From a virus (taxonomy: Duplodnaviria; Heunggongvirae; Uroviricota; Caudoviricetes), in the IMG/VR virus record IMGVR_UViG_3300033405_000012, positions 14,142 through 78,141 of that record: a DNA stretch of 64,000 bases; one strand, 5' to 3'. Positions 27,065-36,500 of this stretch are shown here, piece by piece (position 1 is the stretch's first letter; each line of letters opens with the position of its first letter). Below the pieces are notes generated by a model that saw only the letters and a program-made list of their open reading frames with translations, was not told the DNA's origin and did not search any database. The translations under genes and the position numbers were made by a program.

Positions 27065-27844
27065 ATGCGGCCAGTCATCGAACCGGACGGGACCATCCGC
27101 TACAGCGAGCCGGCAACCAAGGTGCCTGCTGGTTGGACGCCGAGCCCGGACAACCCGCAAGTCTACTTGCCGCCGTGGCAGCACTGCGCCCACCGGCTGC
27201 TGGGCTTCGACAACAGCACGATGGAGCTTACTCCGACGTGTCTGCTCGTCGGGGAGCCCGTCGCCATTTCTGCCTGCGTCGGCTGTGCCAATCGCAAGGA
27301 CCCTGGGCCGGACCACTACCGGAACCTGGACCCCAACAACATCGTGCAGGTGGAATACCCGCGTCCAGGGCTTGGCCCCGCGTGGCAGTATGAGGTCGTC
27401 GCAGAGCTAGGGAAACCAGAACAAATCACCAAGCGGCAAGGCACCGTCACGCCACGACTCATACCGCCGCCGCCAGCAACCTTGCAGCCCGTCCCGCCGG
27501 CACCCGAGTCGCAGCTTTCGGAGCTTGGGCTCACCCTGCCACCGGCCCAGCCAACCGATCGGCGCGTTCACTTCGAGCCGGACGGCAGCATCGTCTACGA
27601 CAAGCGGGAAGGCGAATGGGAGCCGCCGCGGAACATCGACGGTTACGCACGCGACCCCGACAACCCACTGCGGTTCACCCCGCTCTGGCCGGAGTGCCAT
27701 TTGCGCTACCAGATGGCGGTCCGGTATCCCAACTGCGGCTGCATCAACGTCATCATGCGATGCAACAACCCGGCGGCCCCGGAGTTCGCCGAACGGCTGG
27801 CCTACACGACCTGCGAGAAGTGTCCCCACCGGAGCGCCACATGA
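27065..27844 (+). CDS. protein with two tandem copies of a novel Cys-containing ~90-aa domain
   Basis: Repeat 1 IEPDGTIRY...PDNPQVYLPPWQHCAHR...C..C. Repeat 2 FEPDGSIVY...PDNPLRFTPLWPECHLR...C.C...C...CEKCPHR. Confidence 0.6.
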   Translation: MRPVIEPDGTIRYSEPATKVPAGWTPSPDNPQVYLPPWQHCAHRLLGFDNSTMELTPTCLLVGEPVAISACVGCANRKDPGPDHYRNLDPNNIVQVEYPRPGLGPAWQYEVVAELGKPEQITKRQGTVTPRLIPPPPATLQPVPPAPESQLSELGLTLPPAQPTDRRVHFEPDGSIVYDKREGEWEPPRNIDGYARDPDNPLRFTPLWPECHLRYQMAVRYPNCGCINVIMRCNNPAAPEFAERLAYTTCEKCPHRSAT

Positions 27845-28398
27845 GCACGCCAAAGCTGCTCTGCGATACCTGCCCCGAGGGCCAAGGCACCCTCATTCCG
27901 ATGCCGACGACAGCCGGGCCGTCCGTCGCTCCTCCCGTGGCTTACATCGTCTACACGGGTGGCCCATACAGCTATCTCTACCGCATGGTCGAGGCCGCCA
28001 TTCCGCCGGACGCGGACCTCAAGCACGGCCGCCCTAAGTTCGCGGACGATGGCTCGTTTGAGTACCCGCCCGGTGACGCCGAGGTGGAAGATCTCCAGGG
28101 CTACCGGCGGAATGCCGAGAATCCGCGAAGGTTCCATCCCGCGTGGCCAGACTGCCTCTGTCGGCAGCTAAGCGTCTCGGTCAGCAACCGAATGCTCGTC
28201 ATTGCCGGCAAATGCTTTCAGCCGACGGCCGGACGGCTCAATCGCACCACGACCTTGGACGAGTGCCAGAAATGCCCATACCGGTACGCTTCGCGGCCAA
28301 TCGCCCCTCCGGGAGCGGCCGAGACAGCCATCAAGGCTACTGGCAAGACGGACGAGCCGGTGTCCCCGCCTTGTTCTGCCCAAGAGCGAACAGCTTGA
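27841..28398 (+). CDS. protein with a third copy of the same Cys domain
   Basis: FADDGSFEY...ENPRRFHPAWPDCLCR...C...CQKCPYR. ATGA overlap with the previous gene. Confidence 0.6.
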   Translation: MSTPKLLCDTCPEGQGTLIPMPTTAGPSVAPPVAYIVYTGGPYSYLYRMVEAAIPPDADLKHGRPKFADDGSFEYPPGDAEVEDLQGYRRNAENPRRFHPAWPDCLCRQLSVSVSNRMLVIAGKCFQPTAGRLNRTTTLDECQKCPYRYASRPIAPPGAAETAIKATGKTDEPVSPPCSAQERTA

Positions 28399-28440
28399 AA
28401 ACCTTGCACTCGGCACCAGCTTGCTGCCAACCTCCTTGGC
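28386..28440 (-). pseudogene. degenerate duplicate of the 3' end of the SPFH gene (31701..32276)
   Basis: Minus-strand translation ...AECKVFKLFALGQNKAG matches the SPFH C-terminus FAECKVFKLLTSQADKAG. The DNA repeat recurs at 31741-31790. Confidence 0.45.
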
Positions 28441-29133
28441 CGGCGGCGGGCCGCCGGGCTGTGACGCGATGCGACGCCTCGGCGCGTCGAACATCACGAT
28501 AAGCAACAACTCGTCGAGAGCCCGCGGGGCACGCCGACCCAAAGGCACTTTGGCGACACTCCACCGCGAGATCGACCAGCCAGGGACCGCACTATGTTCT
28601 GCCAAAGAGCTACGGTGGCGTATGGGGCACCGATGGCAATGCTGTTCTGAACTACTGCGGACGCCCCCAACGCTCGTGCTAACCCATTGGCAGACAATAC
28701 TTTGCGAATCACCCAGTACACTTCCAGGTTGGAACCGCCAGCACTCTCGATTCCCGCGGCTTGACCCGTAAGTGGGACCGGCTAAAATTGCGGCGTTTAT
28801 GCCCCGGAGTAGGTTGGCACATGATGCGGGCTCCTGGAAGGATTTGGGACGCTGCGGCCTTGGAACTACGGAGCCTGGAGGTTTGCCCCGCCAGCAGTTT
28901 GACCGCCCTTGAACTGGCTGTTGGCGGTGTTCGGAGCGCGCGATTATCGCCACTTGTGGCAAGACTTGCCGCCGGGAGGAGTTGCTCCACGGGGGTACTT
29001 GTCCGCATGGGGTAAAGTAAAATGGTATCCGTGCTGTCTGAACTCCCCGGCGCGCGCCAGAGATTGAACGGCTATCGCACTTGTCGCGTAAGCCTCATCC
29101 CTGTCGGCACGCTTCAAACTCTGGAGGTGCGTC

Positions 29134-30570
29134 ATGGCTCGGCGACGTTCTATTCTCGCGGTGATTCTTGCGGGCGCGTCGTTCTGCGTCGTGCTCCCCG
29201 GTTGCCAACGACTGGACATCGAGCCGCCTGAGCCGGAAATATCCGACTCGAAAGGATTCGACGTTTCAGGCAAGTCACCGTCAACCTTTTCGCTCCCTGT
29301 CCAACTATCAATCAGCGAGGCTCAACAAATCTGCAATCAGAAGGCACCGGCTCATTTTCAGCAGACGATAACTCAGGGGGTTCAGGTCACTGGATTCGAC
29401 CATGAACATGTGGACCTTTCTGTGGATCGCAAGCCAATCACACTAGCGGCGGCTGCTGGCAATCGCGTTTCCTTTTCGATTCCGTTTTCTGGCGGCGCGA
29501 GTTGGCATGGGCAAACCCATGTTGGGCCCATTCATGGACCTTGGGTTCAAGAGGACGTTAATTTCTCCGGGAATATGCATGGAACTATTGGGTTCAGAAT
29601 CAACCCAGACTGGTCCATTACCCCGGATGCGCACGTTGAGGTAACAATAGATCAAGCTAAACTGGGCTTTCTTCACATCCTTAGTTTCGACGTGCGAGGG
29701 AAAGTTCAGGACATCGTTAATCACTCTGCGGTTGGACCGGCAAACCAAGCATTACATGCTGTTCTTGAGAAACTTCCAATCCGGTCGCAGGCTGAGAGCG
29801 CATGGAAGCAAATGCACCTTTCGAGGCGGCTGCTTGAATCGCCCAGTATTTGGCTGAATGTGCAACCGAAAGAGGTGCGCGTGAGCCCGGTGACCGTAGA
29901 AGGTGGTCTAGTCAAGGTGGCAGTCGGAGTCGCTGCGGCTACCACAGTCTACGTTGACAAATCGGCTCCGTCTGTTCCTCCGACTGCCCTCCCCGGACTC
30001 GTTATTGATCCAAATCTCTCTAACAGGTTCCTCATTACTTTGCCCGTTGTGGCTTCGCTCGACGAACTTCTCGTCAAAGCCAGAGAGGCGGTCAACGGAA
30101 AAGAGTTCACGGCGGAAGGGGTCAGTATAAGAGTGTCGAATGCCGCGGCGGAAGCTAGGGGTGCTTGGATTGTCCTGAGTTTCGACTTTTCTGCGTCGCA
30201 TGGACGAGTTCGGGCGAAGGGGAGGTTATTTGCTGTCGGGAGGCTACAGTACGATACCAAGTCCGAAACCGTCAGCGTTTCGGAGCTTGACTACGACATC
30301 GGAACTAAGAACGTTCTGCTGAAAGTAGCGAACTGGGTGCTCAAACCCCGCGTCTTGGAATCGGCCTCGAAGGACGCAAAGTTAAAGGCTCCACCGTTGC
30401 TCGCTCAGGCGAAAGACAAGGCTAATCAGTATTTCGCCGCGCTAAAAGCCCCAGCCGGAATAAAGCCAACGCTACAGGTGGACAAGCTCATTTTGGAAGA
30501 CGTTCGTCTGAGCAGTGGCGAAATGTTCCTTCTGCTGAGGGCCGAGGGCACAAGCCTGCTTAAGCTTTGA
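29134..30570 (+). CDS. lipoprotein (possibly DUF4403-like)
   Basis: Signal peptide with lipobox MARRRSILAVILAGASFCVVLPGC. 478 aa. Lower GC than the rest of the phage. Confidence 0.65.
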   Translation: MARRRSILAVILAGASFCVVLPGCQRLDIEPPEPEISDSKGFDVSGKSPSTFSLPVQLSISEAQQICNQKAPAHFQQTITQGVQVTGFDHEHVDLSVDRKPITLAAAAGNRVSFSIPFSGGASWHGQTHVGPIHGPWVQEDVNFSGNMHGTIGFRINPDWSITPDAHVEVTIDQAKLGFLHILSFDVRGKVQDIVNHSAVGPANQALHAVLEKLPIRSQAESAWKQMHLSRRLLESPSIWLNVQPKEVRVSPVTVEGGLVKVAVGVAAATTVYVDKSAPSVPPTALPGLVIDPNLSNRFLITLPVVASLDELLVKAREAVNGKEFTAEGVSIRVSNAAAEARGAWIVLSFDFSASHGRVRAKGRLFAVGRLQYDTKSETVSVSELDYDIGTKNVLLKVANWVLKPRVLESASKDAKLKAPPLLAQAKDKANQYFAALKAPAGIKPTLQVDKLILEDVRLSSGEMFLLLRAEGTSLLKL

Positions 30571-30780
30571 AGACACACCGCGATAGATGTCTCACTCGAA
30601 CGGGAAGGGGGACACTCCTATTGCTCGGCATCGTCCTTGGCCACGAGCCCAAAGTATTAGCATGTAGGCAGGGCCGGCGTTGGTTCCTAATCCAGAAGGG
30701 CCAGTTCGACCCATGATCGGCAATTCACCCAGGAACGTGAATCATCGTAACCCTCCAGAATGTTGAGCGGAGAGTAGAGT

Positions 30781-31509
30781 ATGGCCAGCCAATCCGAAGG
30801 GTCAAACCGCGCTGGCAAGGAGCCGGCGCGTGTTACAGACTTACTTGACAAGTACGGCAGCTATCGCCGGGCCGCGCAGAAGAGCGCAATCCTTGTGTTG
30901 GTCGTCAGCATTACGCTCGCTGCACTGAGCCGCAGCCCGACGTGGACACTGGACCCCCCGGGGCTCGGCCCGGTGAAGGTCGCATCACCCCCTGTGGGCA
31001 CTGCGAGCCAACTCATGCCCGTCTACGGCCCGTTAGTTGTCTGGCTTGTCTGTGTCCACTTCTACTGCGTTCTTTCGGCTGCACTTGGGTTGCGAAAGGC
31101 CATTCGGCGGGACCGGGGTGAGACGGAATCCAATCGGGGCGAGGACGCGATTCAAGAACTACTTAGCCCACCGTTGCTGGCGCTCTCAGCGAGGCAGAAT
31201 AGCTGCCTGTCGCGCCTGACCGCATACTTAGCCGTTTGCATTTGGTGCATCACGCCGTTGATCTGTTACATCTTCCTGTTTTCCGACTTTTGCTTGCTTC
31301 GGTTTGACGGCAAGGTGATTACTCGGGGCTACGAGTTGTTCTACACGTTCCGGGGCTGGACGGGCATTTGGCCGACCCAGCACCACGGAGTTTCTGGAGG
31401 CATACCTCCCGTTTTCCCTATTTGGCAGCCCTGGTTTTACGCTGCATTTCTTCTCCATACACTTTTCCTCACGTTGGATGCCATCCGTCGCATCCTCACC
31501 GCGACTTGA
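30781..31509 (+). CDS. polytopic membrane protein
   Basis: 242 aa with four or more hydrophobic helices (ILVLVVSITLAAL, LVVWLVCVHFYCVL, LAVCIWCITPLICYIFLF, FYAAFLLHTLFL). Confidence 0.6.
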   Translation: MASQSEGSNRAGKEPARVTDLLDKYGSYRRAAQKSAILVLVVSITLAALSRSPTWTLDPPGLGPVKVASPPVGTASQLMPVYGPLVVWLVCVHFYCVLSAALGLRKAIRRDRGETESNRGEDAIQELLSPPLLALSARQNSCLSRLTAYLAVCIWCITPLICYIFLFSDFCLLRFDGKVITRGYELFYTFRGWTGIWPTQHHGVSGGIPPVFPIWQPWFYAAFLLHTLFLTLDAIRRILTAT

Positions 31510-31620
31510 CTGAGTGGATGAAGACCATCTGAATGTTGCAGGGTCAGGCGGCAAGACGCTCGTGGCCGGCTGGCCCGGCCCCTGGATGCCCTCGACCCGA
31601 TTGGCGGGTCAGCGTTACGG

Positions 31621-31700
31621 AATCGCGGAACCGGGCAGTCGGGGTCAGGCCCCAGGGCTGCCACGCGCTCCTGGCGAATGGCCTCGGCCCTCGCCCACGA
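31621..31700 (-). pseudogene. remnant of the 3' end of a small-acidic-paralog gene
   Basis: Minus-strand translation ...EAIRQERVAALGPDPDCPVPRF, preceded by a stop. Near-identical DNA to 32688-32730 (MQTIG copy 1 C-terminus). Confidence 0.4.
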
Positions 31701-32276
31701 CTACTGGTAAAACTGGTGAGACGACATCCCCGCCTTGTCCGCCTGGGAAGTCAACAGCTTGAAGACCTTGCACTCGGCGAAATCCACCAGCTTGCTGCGG
31801 ACGACGTGGACGCCGAACTGCCGCAGTTCCTTGCGGACCTCTCTGGTCAGCGTCGTCGTCAGGCTGTCATCCGCAATCCCGTTCATTATCTCGTCGTAGG
31901 TGTGCGTGGCCACCACGCGAACCACCGCGGATTGCGTCAGATCGTTGATCGTCACGTCCACGTCCCAATTCACGCGACCGATGGCGTGGACGACATCCCT
32001 GATCTTGTAGACCACGAGGGTCTTGACCACCACCTTGCGACCGTCCTTCGTGGCAAGCACCTGGTCGGGAATGGCGATGGTCTGCCGGGCGGTCACGATC
32101 ACCTCCACCTCGGTCGTCAAAGGCCAATAGAGATGGAGGCCGGGATTCAAGGGCTTGATTTTCCTGCCCCGCACCCACTTCACCCCGCCGTGGGTTGCCC
32201 GCACGATCAGGATGTGCGGGACGAACCGGTAGATCGTCTCGACTAGCTGACTGAGCCAAGCAAAAGCGGATTCCAT
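31701..32276 (-). CDS. SPFH/band-7 domain protein
   Basis: PGLHLYWP...VEVIVTARQ...TKDGRKVVVKTLVVYKIRD...TINDLTQSAVVRVVATHTYDEIMNG fits the SPFH core pattern. Confidence 0.6.
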   Translation of the reverse strand: MESAFAWLSQLVETIYRFVPHILIVRATHGGVKWVRGRKIKPLNPGLHLYWPLTTEVEVIVTARQTIAIPDQVLATKDGRKVVVKTLVVYKIRDVVHAIGRVNWDVDVTINDLTQSAVVRVVATHTYDEIMNGIADDSLTTTLTREVRKELRQFGVHVVRSKLVDFAECKVFKLLTSQADKAGMSSHQFYQ

Positions 32277-32297
32277 AGTTGCCTCCCACCGAGGTGC

Positions 32298-32594
32298 TTA
32301 CCGCGTCTCGCCATTCGTAATGAACCCATGCCAGTGACCGCGCTTGCTGGCGTCGATCGACGGAGTGATCGACAGGACCGCGAAGTCCTCGTCAGAGCAG
32401 ATGGTCCAAACGAAGTCCTCTCGCCCGTTGGCATGGGCTCGGATGTACGTGTCGTCAATCGCCTCGTGCCCCTTGTGATGGAACGCGATACCCAGCCGCT
32501 CTATCCGGCAGTGCGGGCACAAGAAGGTGAGGCCGACATGCGGCCCTCCCTTCTCGAACGCGAACCAGCGCGGGTCTAGGGCAAGGAGCTTCAT
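32298..32594 (-). CDS. zinc-ribbon protein (DUF6527-like signature)
   Basis: CPHC, then SITPSIDAS...HWHGFITNGE resembles the PSI...HxHGFIxNG pattern of a conserved prophage family. 98 aa. Confidence 0.5.
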   Translation of the reverse strand: MKLLALDPRWFAFEKGGPHVGLTFLCPHCRIERLGIAFHHKGHEAIDDTYIRAHANGREDFVWTICSDEDFAVLSITPSIDASKRGHWHGFITNGETR

Positions 32595-32607
32595 GGCGCA
32601 TCCATCA

Positions 32608-32662
32608 GGGCAAAGAAAAGGGCATCCGGGCGCTGGTCGCCCGGATGCCCTTTCTCACTTCT
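32608..32662. terminator. strong bidirectional intrinsic terminator
   Basis: 13-bp perfect stem GGGCATCCGGGCG-CTGGT-CGCCCGGATGCCC. TTTCTCACTTCT follows on the plus strand and CUUUUCUUUG on the minus strand. Confidence 0.6.
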
Positions 32663-32676
32663 GAAACACCTCCACG

Positions 32677-32859
32677 TTACGGGATTGGAACCGGGCAGTC
32701 GGGGTCGGGCCCCAGGGCTGCCACGCGCTCGGCGCGAATGGCCTCGGCCGCCGCCCGCGCCTGGCGAATGTCCTGGTGGACATCCTCCGGGTCGCGGCCT
32801 TGGGCCTCGATCAGGGCCATGTCGCTATGGGTTGGCTTGGGAGCGCCAATCGTCTGCAT
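32677..32859 (-). CDS. small acidic protein, tandem paralog 1
   Basis: MQTIGAPKPTHSDMALIEAQGRDPEDV... 60 aa. Separated from the next copy by TAA-GCC-ATG. Confidence 0.5.
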   Translation of the reverse strand: MQTIGAPKPTHSDMALIEAQGRDPEDVHQDIRQARAAAEAIRAERVAALGPDPDCPVPIP

Positions 32860-32862
32860 GGC

Positions 32863-33045
32863 TTACTCCTTCTGGTTCTCGTAGACCCACCGCGGGCCCT
32901 CGGGCGGCATTGCCGCCCGGCGGACTTGCTCCGCAGCCCGCGCATCTTGGACATCCTGCTCCACGGTCGCCGGATCGCGGCCCTGCGCCGGGATCAGCGC
33001 CATGTCGTCGTGGGTCGGATGGGGATTGCTGCCGATTCCCTGCAT
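32863..33045 (-). CDS. small acidic protein, tandem paralog 2
   Basis: MQGIGSNPHPTHDDMALIPAQGRDPATV... 60 aa. Confidence 0.5.
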   Translation of the reverse strand: MQGIGSNPHPTHDDMALIPAQGRDPATVEQDVQDARAAEQVRRAAMPPEGPRWVYENQKE

Positions 33046-33048
33046 GGC

Positions 33049-33243
33049 CTAGAGTCCCTTCCACCCCTGGCCGTCGTAGACGGACGCCTTGTTGCACTCG
33101 GGGGCCTTCACGTCGCCCGACTCCGAGAGCGACTCGTTGAGGTCGGTCCGACGATCGGTGTGGTCGCCCGTGTCCCCTTCCGCCTGGACGAGGATCGTGT
33201 CGAGCGTACCGTTGCCCTGTTTCGGGGGTCCGATGGTCTGCAT
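33049..33243 (-). CDS. small acidic protein, tandem paralog 3 (diverged C-terminus)
   Basis: MQTIGPPKQGNGTLDTILVQAEGDTGD... 64 aa. Confidence 0.45.
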   Translation of the reverse strand: MQTIGPPKQGNGTLDTILVQAEGDTGDHTDRRTDLNESLSESGDVKAPECNKASVYDGQGWKGL

Positions 33244-33329
33244 TGCAATGCACCTTTCGTTGTTGTGAACTCAAAGACTGAAACGCAACTCACGCACTCA
33301 CACCCGCGGCATTCGACCGCCGGATGGCG

Positions 33330-33512
33330 CTACTTGCCCTTGCGGTGGTGGGCAAACTCACGCAGACGCCGAGCCAACGCGACCTGACGATTGGTTGTCG
33401 GGTCCTTGTGCTTCTCCCGCATGAACTGCGACAGGCTCTCGCCTGCTCGCTTGGCCTTGGCAGTCAAGGCCCCGGGGTGCTTGATCGCACCCTGAATCCA
33501 CTTCTCGGCCAT
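33330..33512 (-). CDS. small basic protein (DUF3008-like)
   Basis: MAEKWIQGAIKHPGALTAKAKRAGESLSQFMREKHKD... 60 aa. Confidence 0.4.
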   Translation of the reverse strand: MAEKWIQGAIKHPGALTAKAKRAGESLSQFMREKHKDPTTNRQVALARRLREFAHHRKGK

Positions 33513-33546
33513 GTTGTCACTCTTTCTGGTTGACGTTACGGGTTCG

Positions 33547-36500
33547 TTACGGGCTCTGCAAGAACGCCGTCCCGGCACCCACCTTCTGTCCGTTCGTGTC
33601 GTACTTGAAATCGAACACCGCGCCGTCGGTCTTGTCCGCCGTGACGACTTTCGCCTTCGTGCCATCGACCATCAGCGTGCCGCTCACGACCTTCATCAGG
33701 TCGCTCAGCATACCGGGGCCCGAGCCAGTTGAACCGCCCGAGCCGGAGCCCGAGCCGCTGCCACTGGACCCGCCACTGCTGCCTCCTTGCGTCGAGTCCT
33801 GGACCTTGCACCTGGAAATGTCGATCTGCACGTCCTGGTTGTTGCCCAAGGCCAGCATCGACCGCAGGTAGCCAAACTGCGGCGGCTGCTGGTTGGGGCT
33901 GCTCGAATCCGTGAACTTGGTCTTGGCCAAGTCGATCACCAACTCGGTTGGGTCCGGCGTAACGGTCATAGGGTCCGACTCCGGCAACCGATACGCCTGG
34001 AGATTTGCGATTGGCCGGAGCACCGCCCACACAGCCTGAAACTGCTCGGCCGTCGCAAGCTGCTGGAACTGGAACTCCAAGTCCGTTGGAGTCCGGTCGC
34101 CCCAGTCACTCCGCCCGCGGAACACCACGTTCGGGCCGCCGACAAAGACGGTGCTAGTGGACGTAATCCCCGACGTATCGCCCACGGGCAAATTGCCGCC
34201 CACGCCAATTCCGATCCCGCCGCCCCCAGCATTGTTGCTGTCGATGTCCGTTTGGGGCGGCCAAGTGGTCGTGACCGGTAACGCCGCAGGCCAGTAGAAG
34301 GGGTCCTGCGCCATCGCACCCGCCCTGATCGGCGTCGCGCACTCAAACTCGATGCAGTTCTCGGCCGAATTGTAGGCCGCCCGCTCAATGACCACCGGCA
34401 CCGGCCCGGAGGCGATGTAGCCCGGGGCATTGAACGTCACGCAGTCGAACGCCTCCAAGTTCAACTTCGTCAAGTACGAACGGAACTTCACGCGCTTCCA
34501 TGGGTTCGAGAAGCGGATCAGCCAGAACGTCGCCATCTTCAAGACGACATCCGGCTGGTTGAAGATGTACCAGTCGTAATCCTTCTCGTAGAGACCGTAT
34601 TTCGCTACGTTGTGGCGCAGGATCATGTACTGCGTCGAATCGGCTTGCGTGCCCGCGAACTGGCCGCCGGGAACGTAGCCCAGGTTCCAGCGGACGTTCA
34701 TCTTCGTCACGATGTCTTCGGTTCTGGTGTACTCGATCTCCATGCCGTGCTCGGCGTCGATGTCGCTGACCGTGATCGCATCCACCGGGGTCGGCTGCTC
34801 TGGCAGGTACTTCAGGTAGAGGACGTTATCCTCGACCCAAAGCGCACACCGCGACTGGAAGCAAATCTCCTTGAGAAGCTGAAGGACGTTCTTCCGCGAC
34901 AAGAGCGGGAAGTTCGCCGGGAAGGGGGCCATCTTCGTCTTCACGTAGTTGAAGCTCGTCGGGTCCCAGGTCAACTCGGTGTAGTTGTCGATGATGTAGG
35001 TCAGGATGTCCACGACGTTCGGGCCGACGCTCGACTGGAAGGTGACGTACAGCTCGTCCGACCAGCCTTGAATCTGCATCCCGTTGCCGTCTGTGTACCA
35101 AATGGTGCTCAAGGGCTGCGCGAGCTTGATCTGGACCGCCGTGATGCTGCCGTAGTTCTGCGTCTCGATGGTGTAGTAGTTGTTCGGCACCACCGTCAAG
35201 CGCCGCACGCCGTCGATCATCTGGTAGGCTTTCACGGCCAGAACCGTGCCCGGCGTGATCGAGGCGATGTACGTCACGCTCGGATCGGTGTAGAGCCGCA
35301 CCTTCGAGCCGGCGTCGGCCCAGAACTGCTTGACGATCGGCCGGGTATCGACCCAGGCAGGCGCTTCCGGGTACGTGTAAATGTCCCATCCCTGCCAGGT
35401 CATGTTGCAGGGGTCGTTGAAGTCCCCGCAGCCGGACCCGCACGGCACGGGCGCGTGATAGTAGAACGGCTCCGGCGGCATCGGCGGCGGCAGACAGACG
35501 CGCGGAGTCGCGTAGGGGTACGGCCCGTAGCCCGCCTGCTCCTGCGCCGCCAAGACCTCGTTCTCGACCTGCGCGTTCACCAACGCTTGGAGGTAAGGAT
35601 TCTCGCGGCTGGTGCAGTAGAACTCTTCACCCTTGAAGTAGCCCGTAAAGAGCCCGTCCTTGATCTGAATGGTCACGGTCTTGTTCTGCGGAAAATCCTC
35701 GCCGCCAAGAATCTGGATCGGGTTGGGGCCCTCCCCAAGCAGGTTGGCAAGGGTGATCTGCTCCTGCCGGCGCGCAAGGGCGCATTCCTCTTGTGCCTGC
35801 ATCCGCGCAAGCTCAGCCCCGATCTTGTCATAGATCGCGTTGGCCTGGTCGAGGTATTGCTTGGACTTTACCGCATCAACCAGCGACCAACATTCCGACA
35901 CAACCAGCAGGAAGTTCGCGTGGCGCGACTCGCGGGCGATGGTCCGCAGCTTCTTGCGGTCCACGTTCGTGCCGTTCTCATAAAGTGGGCTACCCAGGTA
36001 CTCTTCCTGGCCCGCCAGGATGCCGCACCCCGTCAGCGTCGTCCCTTCGACCGCCATGTTGATCTTCAGCGCCGGGTAGTCGTAGACCAGCCCGAAGATC
36101 GCCGGCCATGCCTTGCCCACCATGTCGGATGGGATGTAGGGGAAGTTTCCCTCTTCCGCCGAGAACCCGAACTCCTTGTCCTCGATATGCGACAGCACCG
36201 TGACCTTGACCGTCCGGTCGCGCTCATTCCAACTGACCGGCGTGTTGATGAGGCCCGCGAACACCAGGAACTTGTCGTCCAGGTCCAGGCCGTTGAACCA
36301 CTGATACAGCCGCACGGGTTGCTTGTGGAGATCGTACTTGTCGAAGATCGCCTTGATCGCCCCGTCCGTGTCGTCCAGCGTGAGGCTGATCTGCTGCGAC
36401 GGGCTGTTCTGCATCGTAACGTCAATGGCGTCGTCCAGATCACCGAGTTCCACAATGGCACCCCGGATCACTCCGCCGCCCGGGATGGGAATGTCGCGGT

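Noticed and set aside
31533-32246. 237-aa plus-strand ORF
   Set aside because: Antisense to the SPFH gene. His/Arg/Gly/Leu-rich.
31621-32760. Direct repeats GGAACCGGGCAGTCGGGGTC(A/G)GGCCCCAGGGCTGCCACGCGCTC as possible CRISPR or att sites
   Set aside because: Only two copies, ~40 bp, with no regular spacing. Both encode the C-terminus of a small-acidic-paralog protein. Read as a gene-fragment duplication, not a CRISPR array; no integrase is nearby.
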